Shown piece after piece: positions 1 to 10,044 of a stretch of DNA of 64,000 bases. The stretch covers positions 576,001 through 640,000 of the forward strand of contig CAWIYV010000011.1 in NCBI GenBank assembly GCA_963840455.1. Direction: 5' to 3'. The DNA comes from Nitrospirota bacterium (GTDB lineage: Bacteria; Nitrospirota; UBA9217). The translations under genes and the position numbers were made by a program. Below the pieces are notes generated by a model. That model was not told where the DNA came from, searched no databases, and saw only the letters and a program-made list of their open reading frames with translations. Each line of letters begins with the position of its first letter. The stretch's first letter is position 1.

Positions 1-657
1 GAACTCGGTCCCCATGGCCGTTGCGGTGACCACGGCCCTTCCCCGGCCGTAGGTGACCGTCGTTCCCGTAAAGACCATATTCCGCCGGTCGTTGACCCGC
101 GTCGCTTCAGGGAGCGCGTCCGCGGACTTGCCCGCGGGCATGGATTCTCCGGTGAGCGATGCCTCGTCGCACTTCAGAGAGTGCCCCTCCACAATGCGGC
201 CGTCAGCCGGGATCTTGTCGCCTGCCTCGAGGACCATGATGTCGCCGGGCACCAGGTCCTTCGACGGCACATCCTCCTCCCGTCCGGCCCGCAGGACCGT
301 GATCGTCGGGGAGAGCATCTTCTTGAGCGCCTCGATCGCGCGCTCGGCGCGGTACTCCTGGATGAAGCCGAGGACCGCCACGAAGACCACGATCACGGCA
401 ATGATGGCCGCGTCCATGACCTCGCCGACCAGCGCGGACAGCGCAATGGCGACCAGCAGGATGATGACCAGCACGTTCTTGAACTGACCCAGGAACAGGG
501 CAAAGGGCGAGACGCCCTCCTCCTTCCGGAGCTCGTTCGGACCGTACTGACCCAGCCGCCGGGCCGCCTCCGCCGCGGAGAGGCCCTTCCGCGCGTCTGT
601 TTTCAGCTCTGCGATGACCTGGGCTGATTCGCGTGCATGCCATGCCTGTTGTGTCAT
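1..657 (-). CDS. Cation-transporting P-type ATPase (type II), N-terminal part; continues off the window
   Basis: Not in ORF track. Manual translation from ATG at 657 (AGGAG RBS): MTQQAWHA...GLSAAEAARRLGQYGPNEL...GFIQEYRAERAIEALKKM...DEASLTGESMP...RRNMVFTGT; TGES actuator motif. Confidence 0.93.
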   Translation of the reverse strand, partial: MTQQAWHARESAQVIAELKTDARKGLSAAEAARRLGQYGPNELRKEEGVSPFALFLGQFKNVLVIILLVAIALSALVGEVMDAAIIAVIVVFVAVLGFIQEYRAERAIEALKKMLSPTITVLRAGREEDVPSKDLVPGDIMVLEAGDKIPADGRIVEGHSLKCDEASLTGESMPAGKSADALPEATRVNDRRNMVFTGTTVTYGRGRAVVTATAMGTEF

Positions 658-882
658 TCGATTCTCCTGTCGCCCAATGGTTGCTGCTGGAACAAAAAAG
701 ACCTTTACCACGGTTGTTCCTTAACGTGGTAAAGGTCTCGCATATCAGGCTCACCTGACCAGTGATGCCGGTCCCGCTATCGCGGAACGTGATGACGATC
801 ATCACTGCAGAACGCTACTCCCCTTTACAGACCAAGTGTAGCAGAGCGCGCGGGACGGTGTCAAGGCCGTCCGCGCTGCCGG

Positions 883-1191
883 TCACTTCGAGAAAACGCT
901 GAACAGCTTGTCGAGGGAGCTCTTTTCGAGATTGATGATCTGGGCCAGTTCGCCGCTGTCCAGCCAGACCCCCTCGCAGGCGGAGCACCGGTCGACCTTG
1001 ATGGACTTGTAGTCGATCTCCACCAGGTTCATGCCGCACTTGGGGCATTTCATGTGATGGAGCTCCCTGGCCTTCTGCCGCTCGGCGTCGGCGAGCTTCT
1101 TTTGCTTCTCCTGCTCGACCTTCTGTTTCTTCTCGAACATCTCCCGGGCAAAATACTCTTCTTCCTTCTCGCTCGGCTTCCTCAGGGTCAT
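883..1191 (-). CDS. Zn-ribbon (zf-TFIIB-like) small protein
   Basis: EEEYFAR coiled N-terminus, CPKCG...CSACEGVWLDSGEL motif, GGAGG RBS. Confidence 0.8.
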   Translation of the reverse strand: MTLRKPSEKEEEYFAREMFEKKQKVEQEKQKKLADAERQKARELHHMKCPKCGMNLVEIDYKSIKVDRCSACEGVWLDSGELAQIINLEKSSLDKLFSVFSK

Positions 1192-1299
1192 GACCTAGAT
1201 CCTCCTTACCGTGTGTCGTTCAAAATAGATCGCGGTGCTCCGCGTTCTCGTATCCCGTTCATCCGTGCCTCAGCGCGGTGCAAGGGTCCCGCTGTTCCG

Positions 1300-3321
1300 T
1301 TACTTCTTCTCGATCACGAACAGCAGCTGCTTCTCGCGCACCGTCTCGTTGAGCTTCACACAGACCTCGGCGATCCTGCCGTCGAAGGGCGCCAGGATGG
1401 CATTCTCCATCTTCATGGCCTCGAGGTTCGCCATTTCCTCGCCCTTGTGAACGATATCGTCCACCTTCAGGACGCCGCGCGCCGGATTGCCAATGCGCCA
1501 TACGCTCCCGTTGATCGGCGCGCCCACGTCGCCGGCGGTCTTGGCCAGCCGCACTTCGACCTTCTTGGCCCGCGGCGTCTCGACCGTGTAGACCCGCGTC
1601 TTGTTGTTCACGCGCATCACCACGTCGATGATGCCGCTATGCTCGGCGCCGATGGAGACGAGCTCGATCGAGTAAGGCTTGCCCCAGAGCTCGAAGTCGA
1701 CGCGTTCGCCCGGCTTCCGGAGCCCTTCCCGCCACACGCCCGTGGGGAGGACCAGCGGAGCCTCGCCGAACTTTTCGCGGAACTCGAAATACTCCAGCGC
1801 GTCCTTGGGGTGCATGAGCCAGAGGATGAACTCCTCATCCGTCACGTCCCGTCCGAGGTTTGCGCCAAGCTCCTGCCGCAGCCGTGCAAGGTCGTCCTCC
1901 GCTACGGACTCGAGCGGCGATAGCTCCTTCCGGTCCTTGAGCTTCGTCTGCCACTCGTCGCCGAAGGCACTCCGGTAGACCCAGTCAGCGGGCCAGCCCA
2001 CGGGCATGCGGCCGTAGTTGCCCAGCAGGAGGTTCTTGAAGTCGCCGGGCGCGTTGCGAAAGAGCGTCAGCAGTTCGTCCTGCTCCGCCGGCGTCATCGC
2101 GCCGAGGTCCTGCGCCTTCTCCTCGACGAACTTCACCATAAGATCGATGACGTGCTTCACGCCCGCGTCGCCCTTCTCCTTGGCGTACTTGTTCACGATG
2201 CCGCTGCAGGTGACCCAGGTGATCTGGGAGCCCGGCGTCACGTCGAAGTACTTCACGATGCGGTTGTACAGCGACATGAGCTTCAGGATCGCGGGCATGA
2301 GATGGAGGAACTCCGCCTTCTGCGCCTGCTCGAAGGAGCTCGGGAACGCACCGCCGGGCATCTTGTGGAGCGTGACCGTATGGTCGAAGCCCTTAAAGGG
2401 AGACTCGGCCCACTCGTAGTCAGCGATCCATTCGCGCACCTTTCGGACCGCGGCCTCGGCCTCCTGACGGTCCAGGTGGACCGGGATGCCCGACTCCTCG
2501 AAGATCGCCTGCACCGCCAGAATGGGCGAGTGGCCGTAGAACCGGACCAGTGAGTCCTCCTCGACGTCGAAGATCGCGGCGCCCGCCTTGGCCGCCGCCA
2601 GCATAGCCGGGATGGCCAGGCCGTCGGTGATATGCCGGTGGTAGTTGATAACCAGGCCGGGGTGGGCCTGCTTGATGGCGCTGATCAGGCTGCCGATGCG
2701 GGTCACGTCTCCCACGCCGGCCATGTCCTTCACGCACAGGACGATCTCGTCCGTGCCCCCGCAGAGGTCCACGATGTCCCGCACCACCTTGAGATAGTAG
2801 TCGTTCGTGGTCCAGTCCGCCGAGGTGAAGGAGATGGTCGGCTCGAACAGCCTGCCCCGCTTCATCACCACCTCGGCAACGGCGCGCATGTTCCTCACGT
2901 CGTTCAGGAAGGAGAAGCACCGCCACACGTCGATGTCCACCGCGCCCACGGCCTCTTCGATCACGTTCCGGGGATAGGGGCGATAGCCCCAGAGGTTCGT
3001 CTCGCGGATGAGGGTCTGGAGCAGCACGGTCGGCATGAGCTGCCGGAGGAGCGCAGTCTCCTCAAAGGGGCTCTCCCGGCGGTTCATGATGCCCACGTGC
3101 CACCGGGCGCCGCCGTGGCACTCGGCGCTGAACAGGCCCATGCGATCATAGTGCGGCGCCAGGGTCTTCAGGTCGTGGATGCGGTGGCGGTTCTTGAAGT
3201 CCGACTGACCCGCGTCGCGCATGCCCACCGAGGTGAGGCAGGCGCCCTTCAGGCCGCGGACGGCCTTCACGATCTCTTTCGGCGACATCCCGGGTTTGAC
3301 GAATATGTTATTTGCCATCAC
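1300..3321 (-). CDS. Pyruvate carboxylase subunit B-like carboxyltransferase with biotin carrier domain (divergent)
   Basis: RDAGQS, VKDMAG, HRH, MPGG and VTPGSQ motifs; C-terminal EAMKMEN biotinylation site. Confidence 0.85.
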   Translation of the reverse strand: MMANNIFVKPGMSPKEIVKAVRGLKGACLTSVGMRDAGQSDFKNRHRIHDLKTLAPHYDRMGLFSAECHGGARWHVGIMNRRESPFEETALLRQLMPTVLLQTLIRETNLWGYRPYPRNVIEEAVGAVDIDVWRCFSFLNDVRNMRAVAEVVMKRGRLFEPTISFTSADWTTNDYYLKVVRDIVDLCGGTDEIVLCVKDMAGVGDVTRIGSLISAIKQAHPGLVINYHRHITDGLAIPAMLAAAKAGAAIFDVEEDSLVRFYGHSPILAVQAIFEESGIPVHLDRQEAEAAVRKVREWIADYEWAESPFKGFDHTVTLHKMPGGAFPSSFEQAQKAEFLHLMPAILKLMSLYNRIVKYFDVTPGSQITWVTCSGIVNKYAKEKGDAGVKHVIDLMVKFVEEKAQDLGAMTPAEQDELLTLFRNAPGDFKNLLLGNYGRMPVGWPADWVYRSAFGDEWQTKLKDRKELSPLESVAEDDLARLRQELGANLGRDVTDEEFILWLMHPKDALEYFEFREKFGEAPLVLPTGVWREGLRKPGERVDFELWGKPYSIELVSIGAEHSGIIDVVMRVNNKTRVYTVETPRAKKVEVRLAKTAGDVGAPINGSVWRIGNPARGVLKVDDIVHKGEEMANLEAMKMENAILAPFDGRIAEVCVKLNETVREKQLLFVIEKK

Positions 3322-3389
3322 TTCCTCTTAAGATCGCTGCAATAGTTAACCACGGACGAACACGGCACAACCTCTGTCAAGACGCTGGA

Positions 3390-3487
3390 ACCGCCAGGGC
3401 GCAAAGGGTCGCGAGGAAGGCCGTACTATAAAAAAGCTAGTGTCCTGATCGATTTTGACGTCCTTGCGTCCTTCGCGCCTTCGCGGT
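3390..3487. repeat. Imperfect palindromic REP-like intergenic element
   Basis: accgccagggcgcaaagggtcgcgagga is roughly complementary to tccttgcgtccttcgcgccttcgcggt. Confidence 0.45.
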
Positions 3488-3519
3488 GAGATGCTTTTAT
3501 TTCTGTTTCCTGATTCTTG

Positions 3520-4110
3520 TCACTTGCTGCTCTTGGCAGCAGCTCCGCTTCGCTTCACCTTCAGGTCCTTGATGAGGCCGTCGGAGATCGAATAGATCCA
3601 CCCGTGGATGTAGAGCTTCCGGCCCCGCTCCCAGGCCTTCTGGACGATGGTGTTGTGCGCCAGGTTCTCCACCTGTTGCTTCACGTTCAGTTCGCACAGC
3701 TCGTTCAGCGAGATCCGCTTGTGCTTCCGCGCGGAGATCTGCACGCTCTCGAGCCAGTGTTCCAACACGCCGGTGGCGGCGTTCTTCCTGACGGCCGCGA
3801 TGCCGCCGCATCCGTAATGGCCGCACACGATGATGTGCCTGACCTTCAGGACCTCAACGGCGTACTGCAGGACGCACATCAGGTTCATGTCTGTATTGAT
3901 GACCTGATTGGAGATGTTCCGATGGACGAAGACCTCGCCCGGCAGCAGTCCCGTGATCTGGTTCGCCGGCACCCGGCTGTCGGAACAGCCGATCCACAGG
4001 TACTTGGGCCGCTGCTGCTTCCGAAGCTTGCCGAAGAACCCGGGGTTCTCGATCTCGACCTGCCGGGCCCATTCCCTGTTGTTCTCCAGCAGCTTGTTAA
4101 TGTCCTTCAT
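3520..4110 (-). CDS. can: Beta-class carbonic anhydrase
   Basis: WIGCSDSRV, GEVFVHRN and VCGHYGCGG Zn-binding motifs. Confidence 0.95.
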   Translation of the reverse strand: MKDINKLLENNREWARQVEIENPGFFGKLRKQQRPKYLWIGCSDSRVPANQITGLLPGEVFVHRNISNQVINTDMNLMCVLQYAVEVLKVRHIIVCGHYGCGGIAAVRKNAATGVLEHWLESVQISARKHKRISLNELCELNVKQQVENLAHNTIVQKAWERGRKLYIHGWIYSISDGLIKDLKVKRSGAAAKSSK

Positions 4111-4143
4111 TCCCGGACCCCTGTCTCCTGACCCCGATACTTC

Positions 4144-5607
4144 TTACATCCACTTCTGCGGCCCCAGCGCCGAGATCTCGGCGACGTAGCGCGCAATCTT
4201 GAGCACCTCGTCCTCGCTGTTGTCATCGCTGAACATGGAGATCAGTTCATCCATGTGCTCTTCGATGAACCGCGTGGAAAATTCACCGGAGATGAACGAC
4301 GGGTGGCGGATGATGCTGAGCAGCAGCGGCTGGAGCGTCTTGATGCCCTCGACGCGGAGGTTCCTGCCCAGGCAGCGGTCCATTACCCGGATGGCGTCCT
4401 TGCGGTCCGCGCCGGCCGTCATGAGCAGCATGAAGAGGGAGTCATAGTACGGCGGGATGTCCCCGCCCTCGTACACGCCCGAGGCGACCCGCACGTTGGG
4501 GCCCATGGGGGTCTGGAGCCGGGAAATCTTCCCGAAGGAGGGGCTGAAGGTCTTCGGGTCCTCGGCGTTCAGCCGGACCTCAAGGGCCCAGCGGTTCGGC
4601 CGGATGTCGGCCTGCTTGAACGGCAGCTTCTTGCCCAACGCCGTGTCGATCATGATGCCGACGATGTCGAGACCCGTGATGAGCTCGGTGATGCCGTGCT
4701 CCACCTGGAGCCGGGTGTTCACCTCGAGGAAGTAGAACTTCCGCGTCGCCGAATCGAAGATGTACTCGACCGTGCCCGCGGTGACGTACCCGATCTCGCG
4801 CATGAGCTGCGCCGCGGTAGAGCAGATATCCTCGCGCAGCTTCTCGTCGAGGCTCGGAGACGGCGCCTCCTCGATGATCTTCTGATTCCTGCGCTGGAGT
4901 GTGCATTCGCGTTCGTAGAGGTGCCGCACGTTCCCGTGGCTGTCGGCCACGATCTGGACTTCGATGTGCCGGCCCCGCTCGATGTACTTCTCCACCAGGA
5001 TCGTCTCGTCGCCGAAAGACTTCTTCGCCTCGGACCGGGCCTGGGCCAGGGCCAGGGCGATGTCCTCTGCACGGTCGACCTTGATCATGCCCTTGCCGCC
5101 GCCGCCTGCCGAGGCCTTGATAATGATGGGGAACACGACCTGCTCGTCGCGCATCCACGACCTGATCTGCGCCGGGTCGGTCACGTTGCTGACACCGGGA
5201 ATGACCGGCACGCCTGCCTTGCGCGCCAGCTGCTTCGCCTGGATCTTGTCCCCCATGAGGTGGATGACCTTGGGCGGCGGGCCGATCCACAGGAGGCCCG
5301 CGTCCATCACTTTCTTCGCAAAGGTCTCGTTCTCGGCCAGGAAGCCCCAACCCGGATGGATGGCGTCAGAGCCGCTCCGGAGCGCGGCCTCGACCATCCG
5401 ATCCATATTGAGATAGGATTCGATGGGCGGGGCCTCGCCGATGTGCACGGCCGAATCGGCCATGAACACGTGGTGGGCCAGCCGGTCGGGCGAGCTGTAC
5501 ACAGCCGTGGTGGGGATGTTCCGGTCGCGGCAGGTGTGCATGACCCGCACCGCGGGAACGCCGCGGTTCGCCACCAGCACTTTTTTGATCGTTCGCTCCA
5601 TGGACAT
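4144..5607 (-). CDS. Biotin carboxylase (pyruvate carboxylase subunit A-like)
   Basis: KKVLVANRG, HPGWGFLAEN, GGGGKGM, ERECTLQRRNQK, LEVNTRLQVEH, PYYDS; start moved to the ATG after the GAAGGAG RBS. Confidence 0.93.
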   Translation of the reverse strand: MSMERTIKKVLVANRGVPAVRVMHTCRDRNIPTTAVYSSPDRLAHHVFMADSAVHIGEAPPIESYLNMDRMVEAALRSGSDAIHPGWGFLAENETFAKKVMDAGLLWIGPPPKVIHLMGDKIQAKQLARKAGVPVIPGVSNVTDPAQIRSWMRDEQVVFPIIIKASAGGGGKGMIKVDRAEDIALALAQARSEAKKSFGDETILVEKYIERGRHIEVQIVADSHGNVRHLYERECTLQRRNQKIIEEAPSPSLDEKLREDICSTAAQLMREIGYVTAGTVEYIFDSATRKFYFLEVNTRLQVEHGITELITGLDIVGIMIDTALGKKLPFKQADIRPNRWALEVRLNAEDPKTFSPSFGKISRLQTPMGPNVRVASGVYEGGDIPPYYDSLFMLLMTAGADRKDAIRVMDRCLGRNLRVEGIKTLQPLLLSIIRHPSFISGEFSTRFIEEHMDELISMFSDDNSEDEVLKIARYVAEISALGPQKWM

Positions 5608-5642
5608 TGCTCCTTCGCTCCCGCACAAGGCGGGGCGCTCGC

Positions 5643-6095
5643 TCAGATCTTTTTTCCGATCCAGCCGAAGGCAATCAGCGAGGCGGACACCGCTGCCACG
5701 GCAATTCCGAAGTAGAGCATCCCCAGCGGGTCCTTCCATTCTACCAGGTGCTCCAGAAAGGTGACCGCCATCACCAGGATCATGACGCTCGAGAGCTTCA
5801 CCTTCAGGTCATCGAGGTTATGGACCACCAGCCATTCGGGAAGTTTGATTTCCTCAATGAACAGCTCATACAGGCCGAGCGCGAAGATGAGCAGCGCCGT
5901 GGCGATCAGGAACGAATCCATCAGCGCGATGAGCTCCACTGATGCCACCGGTGATGCGGCCGTGCTCAGCACAAGGTGTTTGATGACGAGCACGGTCTTG
6001 ACGGCACCCCAGACGGATGCCGCAAGCGCGGCGAGCAGCGAGAACACCACGCTGATCAGCACCAGGTATACGCTCTTTTCGAGCAGTTTTTTCAT
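5643..6095 (-). CDS. YqhA/UPF0114 family membrane protein
   Basis: FALGLYELFI and LDDLKVKL motifs, four hydrophobic segments. Confidence 0.85.
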   Translation of the reverse strand: MKKLLEKSVYLVLISVVFSLLAALAASVWGAVKTVLVIKHLVLSTAASPVASVELIALMDSFLIATALLIFALGLYELFIEEIKLPEWLVVHNLDDLKVKLSSVMILVMAVTFLEHLVEWKDPLGMLYFGIAVAAVSASLIAFGWIGKKI

Positions 6096-6308
6096 CAGGG
6101 AAGAGGCCTCCGGCAATGAATATTTGAATCCGGGAAAAAGTAACGATGAAAATACCATTATTCTGAGAACTTGTAAAGAGGCTGTTTCACCTTCGCCGGA
6201 GCCTCCCGCTGCAGATTCGTGATTCTTCCCCGGCCGCGCCGTGGTATAATGACGCTGTTCCGGAGCAGCCCTGGTTGCACCTTTCCTTAACAACAGGAGG
6301 ACCGGTTG

Positions 6309-6881
6309 ATGAAGCGTTTTTCCGCAGCCCTTGGCATACTCTGCGTCCTGTCTCTGCTGTCCGTCGTCGCGGCAGCGGCCGATGTGTCAAAGGACGAGAG
6401 GAACCTCGAGCGGGAGGCGAAGCGCCTGAACGACACGGCAGCGAAGCCCGACGGCGAGAAAGCCGTGGTCAAGCGGCTTGCCGTGGAGTTCAAGACGACC
6501 GAATCCCAGGTGCAAGCGCTCCGGGACCGGCAGCTCGGCTACGGCGAGGTCGCGATCGTGCTGTCGCTCGCTCAGACCCTGCCGGGGAGCGCCACGGACG
6601 CTAACGTGAAGAGGGTGCTCGCCCTGAGGCAGGGCCCGCCGATCATAGGGTGGGGGCAGGTCGCCCAGCAGCTCGGGACGAAGCTTGGCAAGACCGTGAG
6701 CCAGGTCAGGAAGGCGGCGAACAACGCGAACCGGGACATCAAGAACGACCATGCCCGCGCGGGCAAGGCCCCGAAGCAGGTGCCGGTCGAACAAAACCAG
6801 CAGGAACAAAAGAACCCGGAACCACCGCGCTCGTACCAGGGCGACGGCCGTCTCCTGCGGCAGGGCGGCAGTGCGCAGTGA
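6309..6881 (+). CDS. Secreted hypothetical protein
   Basis: Signal peptide, AGGAGG RBS, GYGEVAI and GWGQVAQQLG motifs. Confidence 0.75.
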   Translation: MKRFSAALGILCVLSLLSVVAAAADVSKDERNLEREAKRLNDTAAKPDGEKAVVKRLAVEFKTTESQVQALRDRQLGYGEVAIVLSLAQTLPGSATDANVKRVLALRQGPPIIGWGQVAQQLGTKLGKTVSQVRKAANNANRDIKNDHARAGKAPKQVPVEQNQQEQKNPEPPRSYQGDGRLLRQGGSAQ

Positions 6882-6916
6882 TCGTTCACGCTAGCTATTG
6901 ATCGTTGCTGTCCGGC

Positions 6917-7768
6917 TCACCGTCGGTCAGCAACGCCTCGGAAATGTCGGTTCACCACAGTCTCGATGTTCCTGCCGATGTTCTCCTTTGCGTTCACTAT
7001 GAAGATGCGTTCCTGAACGTGAAAGAGCTCACGTTCCAGCCGCAGGACCGGCGGTGGCTCGCTGCTCCTCTTTGCCAGCTCCTGCTCGAACATCGGCACC
7101 AGTTTATCCTTCATCCTAAGCTCCGTGTCCATCAGAAAAATCGATAACTCCGGTGCCAGGTCTTCCACGCGGTCGAGGAACGCGGCGACCTCGCTTTCCG
7201 TGACCTGCTTGGGCGGCGAGGACTTCGCTTCCACGTACAGGAGCGAACCGTCCATCTTTGCCAGCACGTCGTAATCTCCCCCCACCTTCGGACGTTTGAA
7301 CTTGACGCCCCAGAGAACTTCGGCGCCGAACTCCCGATGGAGCAGCTCTGCGATGTACCATTCCAGCGTCGGCCCGAAGCTCGTGATTCCTGACCGAGAA
7401 AGGACATACCCCGCCGCTCCCTCGGTGATCAGCCTGATTTCCCGAAGATAACCAAGGTAGGACCGGATGACCCGAGCGGTCGAATACCGCGTCACCTGTT
7501 CGAGCGTGAACCGGTCCTGGTGCTTGATGACGTCGCGGAGCAGCAACCGAAAGGAATATTTATGCAGCATGTCGAAGAAGCTGCCGAGGAACGGTTCGTC
7601 GGGCACGAGGAGATCGTCGGTCGGTTCCTTTTTAAAAACCCGGAAACCGCGGCGTTTGAGGATCGTCTCGAGAGAGGGAGTGAGGCGGTTCAGCGCCTGC
7701 CGCAGCCGCTTCACTTCTTCGCGAAGGAGCATTAACTCCACTGCATCATGGTCATCAAGTGTTGCCAT
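6917..7768 (-). CDS. Hypothetical protein with wHTH-like region and PD-(D/E)XK nuclease-like C-terminal domain
   Basis: LEWY...GGDYDVLAK...YVEAKS fits the E...D...ExK pattern. Confidence 0.6.
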   Translation of the reverse strand: MATLDDHDAVELMLLREEVKRLRQALNRLTPSLETILKRRGFRVFKKEPTDDLLVPDEPFLGSFFDMLHKYSFRLLLRDVIKHQDRFTLEQVTRYSTARVIRSYLGYLREIRLITEGAAGYVLSRSGITSFGPTLEWYIAELLHREFGAEVLWGVKFKRPKVGGDYDVLAKMDGSLLYVEAKSSPPKQVTESEVAAFLDRVEDLAPELSIFLMDTELRMKDKLVPMFEQELAKRSSEPPPVLRLERELFHVQERIFIVNAKENIGRNIETVVNRHFRGVADRR

Positions 7769-7810
7769 GGCACGGTTTGAGGCGCGTGATAAAGGGAGTT
7801 CCTGCTGTCG

Positions 7811-9277
7811 TTATGAATCCCAATCCAGCAGCCGTTTCTGGCCTTCTAGCTTCCTGATGTCCGTCACGTCCTGGCTCACTTCGAGCGTCCCCCGGTACGC
7901 CCCCTTCTCGTCGCGCACCGCGAAATACTGGATCAACAGGAACCTGCCCTTCATCTGGATCCAGAAATCAGCTTTGTCGCGCCTGCCTGCCCGGAACTCA
8001 TCCAGGATCTTCTGCACCATGCCAAAGCTCTTGGGCGGGTGGCAGTTCTGGACCTTCCGGCCGATGACGCCGGGGCTGCGCGGGAAGATGCGGTCCTTCG
8101 TCGCGGAGTAGTACCGAACCTCGTCCTTCTCGTCAACGAAGGAAATATCCACCGGCATATGCTTCAGAAGCATATTGACCTGCTCCGCGGTCATTACCCC
8201 GGTGTCGAGCATGACCTCACTTTCCTGGCCGGCGGGCCGTTCCTTCGCCTCTTCGGCGCTCATAGTCCAGTCCGCCTCCGGCCTGATCCATGCATAGCCG
8301 ATCTCCTCCTCGCCCTGCCGCACCTTGCCCCACTCCTTGTCGGTCAGGAGGTCCTTCGCCATGGGGAAGAGGATGTGCTCTTCCTTATAGATCATGTCGC
8401 GCATGCTCTTCGACAGGTATTGCAGCGTGCTCATCACATCGGGAACGAGCGCGTCCCTGACGCCGGCCTTAGCGCTCTTCACGGCCACGCGGATGTCGTC
8501 GTGGAGCGCCCACATGACCTGCGAAGGCCCGGTGATGCCATGGACCTCGAGCACCGGGAACAGCTGGTTCTCCTTCCGGAGGTAATGAAGGTCGATGGTG
8601 CTGAGCTGTTCGACGAGCTTTGCCAGCACCTCCCGCTCCTTTTCAAAGGCAGCCTTTTCCGGAGCTTCGCCGAGCCTCGCCAGGACGTGGTCCAGCCCGT
8701 GCAAGATGCCCTCAGCGGCCCGGTTCTCGAGCATATAGGTATGGAGCGGATGGCCCGGCGGGACCACCGGTGCGTCCTGCGCTGAAAGCGACTCCTTGAA
8801 CACCTCCACGTGCACATCGCAGAGCCGTTTCACCTCGCTCTCGGGCATTCCCTCTGCCATGAGCCGCTGCTCCATCTTCGCGATCTCGGACGGATCGATG
8901 TCCTTGATGAGCTCGTGGAACCGGTGCTTGAGAACGGACATCTCAACGTCTTTGTGCAGGTCCCGGATGATGTCCTTCAGCAGCTCCTGGCGGGCATCGG
9001 CGTCCATGAGCGGGGCGCTCCCGGCCGTCGCGGACCCGATCGCCACGTCCGTGCCGGTCCGCTTCCTGATCTCCGCCGCGATATCCGCCAGCAGCGCGGT
9101 CAGTTCGATGTTGCCGATGGATGCTGCCTGCGCAACCGTCGCCACCTTTCCCACGGTCTTCCGCATGACCGCGTTTTCCAGCAGCTTGAACTTGGGCGAG
9201 CGGGCGATCAGGAATTCCATCAGGAAGGGGTATTCCTTCAGCAGGTCGTCGATCTTCGTGTTGGCATTCAGCTCCAT
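7811..9277 (-). CDS. DUF1858-DUF438-hemerythrin-PAS domain protein
   Basis: LCDVHV, GHPLHTYMLEN, HYLRKENQLFP, MIYKEEHILFP; PAS region IGRKVQNCHPPKS. Confidence 0.9.
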   Translation of the reverse strand: MELNANTKIDDLLKEYPFLMEFLIARSPKFKLLENAVMRKTVGKVATVAQAASIGNIELTALLADIAAEIRKRTGTDVAIGSATAGSAPLMDADARQELLKDIIRDLHKDVEMSVLKHRFHELIKDIDPSEIAKMEQRLMAEGMPESEVKRLCDVHVEVFKESLSAQDAPVVPPGHPLHTYMLENRAAEGILHGLDHVLARLGEAPEKAAFEKEREVLAKLVEQLSTIDLHYLRKENQLFPVLEVHGITGPSQVMWALHDDIRVAVKSAKAGVRDALVPDVMSTLQYLSKSMRDMIYKEEHILFPMAKDLLTDKEWGKVRQGEEEIGYAWIRPEADWTMSAEEAKERPAGQESEVMLDTGVMTAEQVNMLLKHMPVDISFVDEKDEVRYYSATKDRIFPRSPGVIGRKVQNCHPPKSFGMVQKILDEFRAGRRDKADFWIQMKGRFLLIQYFAVRDEKGAYRGTLEVSQDVTDIRKLEGQKRLLDWDS

Positions 9278-9406
9278 GGTGCCTCCTCATTGTTTTCTTC
9301 AATGGTAGCATAAAAAAACCGTCGGGTCATCCAGGGCTTCATGATATGCCAGGGCAGTTCGCAGAGCTATGATGCAGATCAGGAGGAACGAGAAAACGGC
9401 AGGCGG

Positions 9407-9997
9407 CTACTTCCCGCTCCTGCCTTCGATGAGGAGATAGGTGTCCTGCTTGACAAAGCGTGTTCCGGTCGAACCGCGCGCCGTTGACCTTCTCCACGAG
9501 GGGCGCGAAGAAGTCCTGCCGTTTGCGGTGCGACCGGTCCTTCGAATAGACCATCTCGAGGAGGCAGAACCGGCCGCCGGGCTTCATCACCCGGCTGATC
9601 TGGCTGAGCGCCTGGTCCTGGAACTCGAAGGGCAGCGCGCAGCAGAGGAAGCAGGCCACGACCCAATCGAACTGGTCCGGAGGGATCGAGGATATGGTGC
9701 AGACATCGTCCTGAACGAACAGGACCGGACAGGACGCTCCGTCCGCTCACGCCGGGCATGCTGGAGCATGGCAGGGCTGAAGTTGAGGGCGGTCAGGTGT
9801 GTCACTCCCGGAGGGTAGTAGCGCAAATTCCGTCCGGTGCCCGCCCCCACCTCGAGTACGTTTACCGATACGCCGGACAGGAGCTGGGGCCGCCATTTGC
9901 GGTACTGCATCTCCCAAGGAAGATCAAGGATGTCGTAGAACCAGGCGGTAATATTGTACCGCTTCAGGTTCTCGAGGTTCGTTGGATGGAGGTCCAT
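9407..9997 (-). pseudogene. Frameshifted class I SAM-dependent methyltransferase
   Basis: VLEVGAGTGRNL and RVMKPGGRFCLLE lie in different frames; C-terminal QDTYLLIEG in a further frame. Confidence 0.75.
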
Positions 9998-10044
9998 TTC
10001 AGTAACGACTCAGTAACGCCGTTCTTGCGGAATAGGAAGCCCTA

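Noticed and set aside
53-5764. Many long plus-strand and alternate-frame ORFs (e.g. 1054-1923, 4255-5715)
   Set aside because: Shadow ORFs of GC-rich genes with clear minus-strand family motifs; the same applies throughout the window
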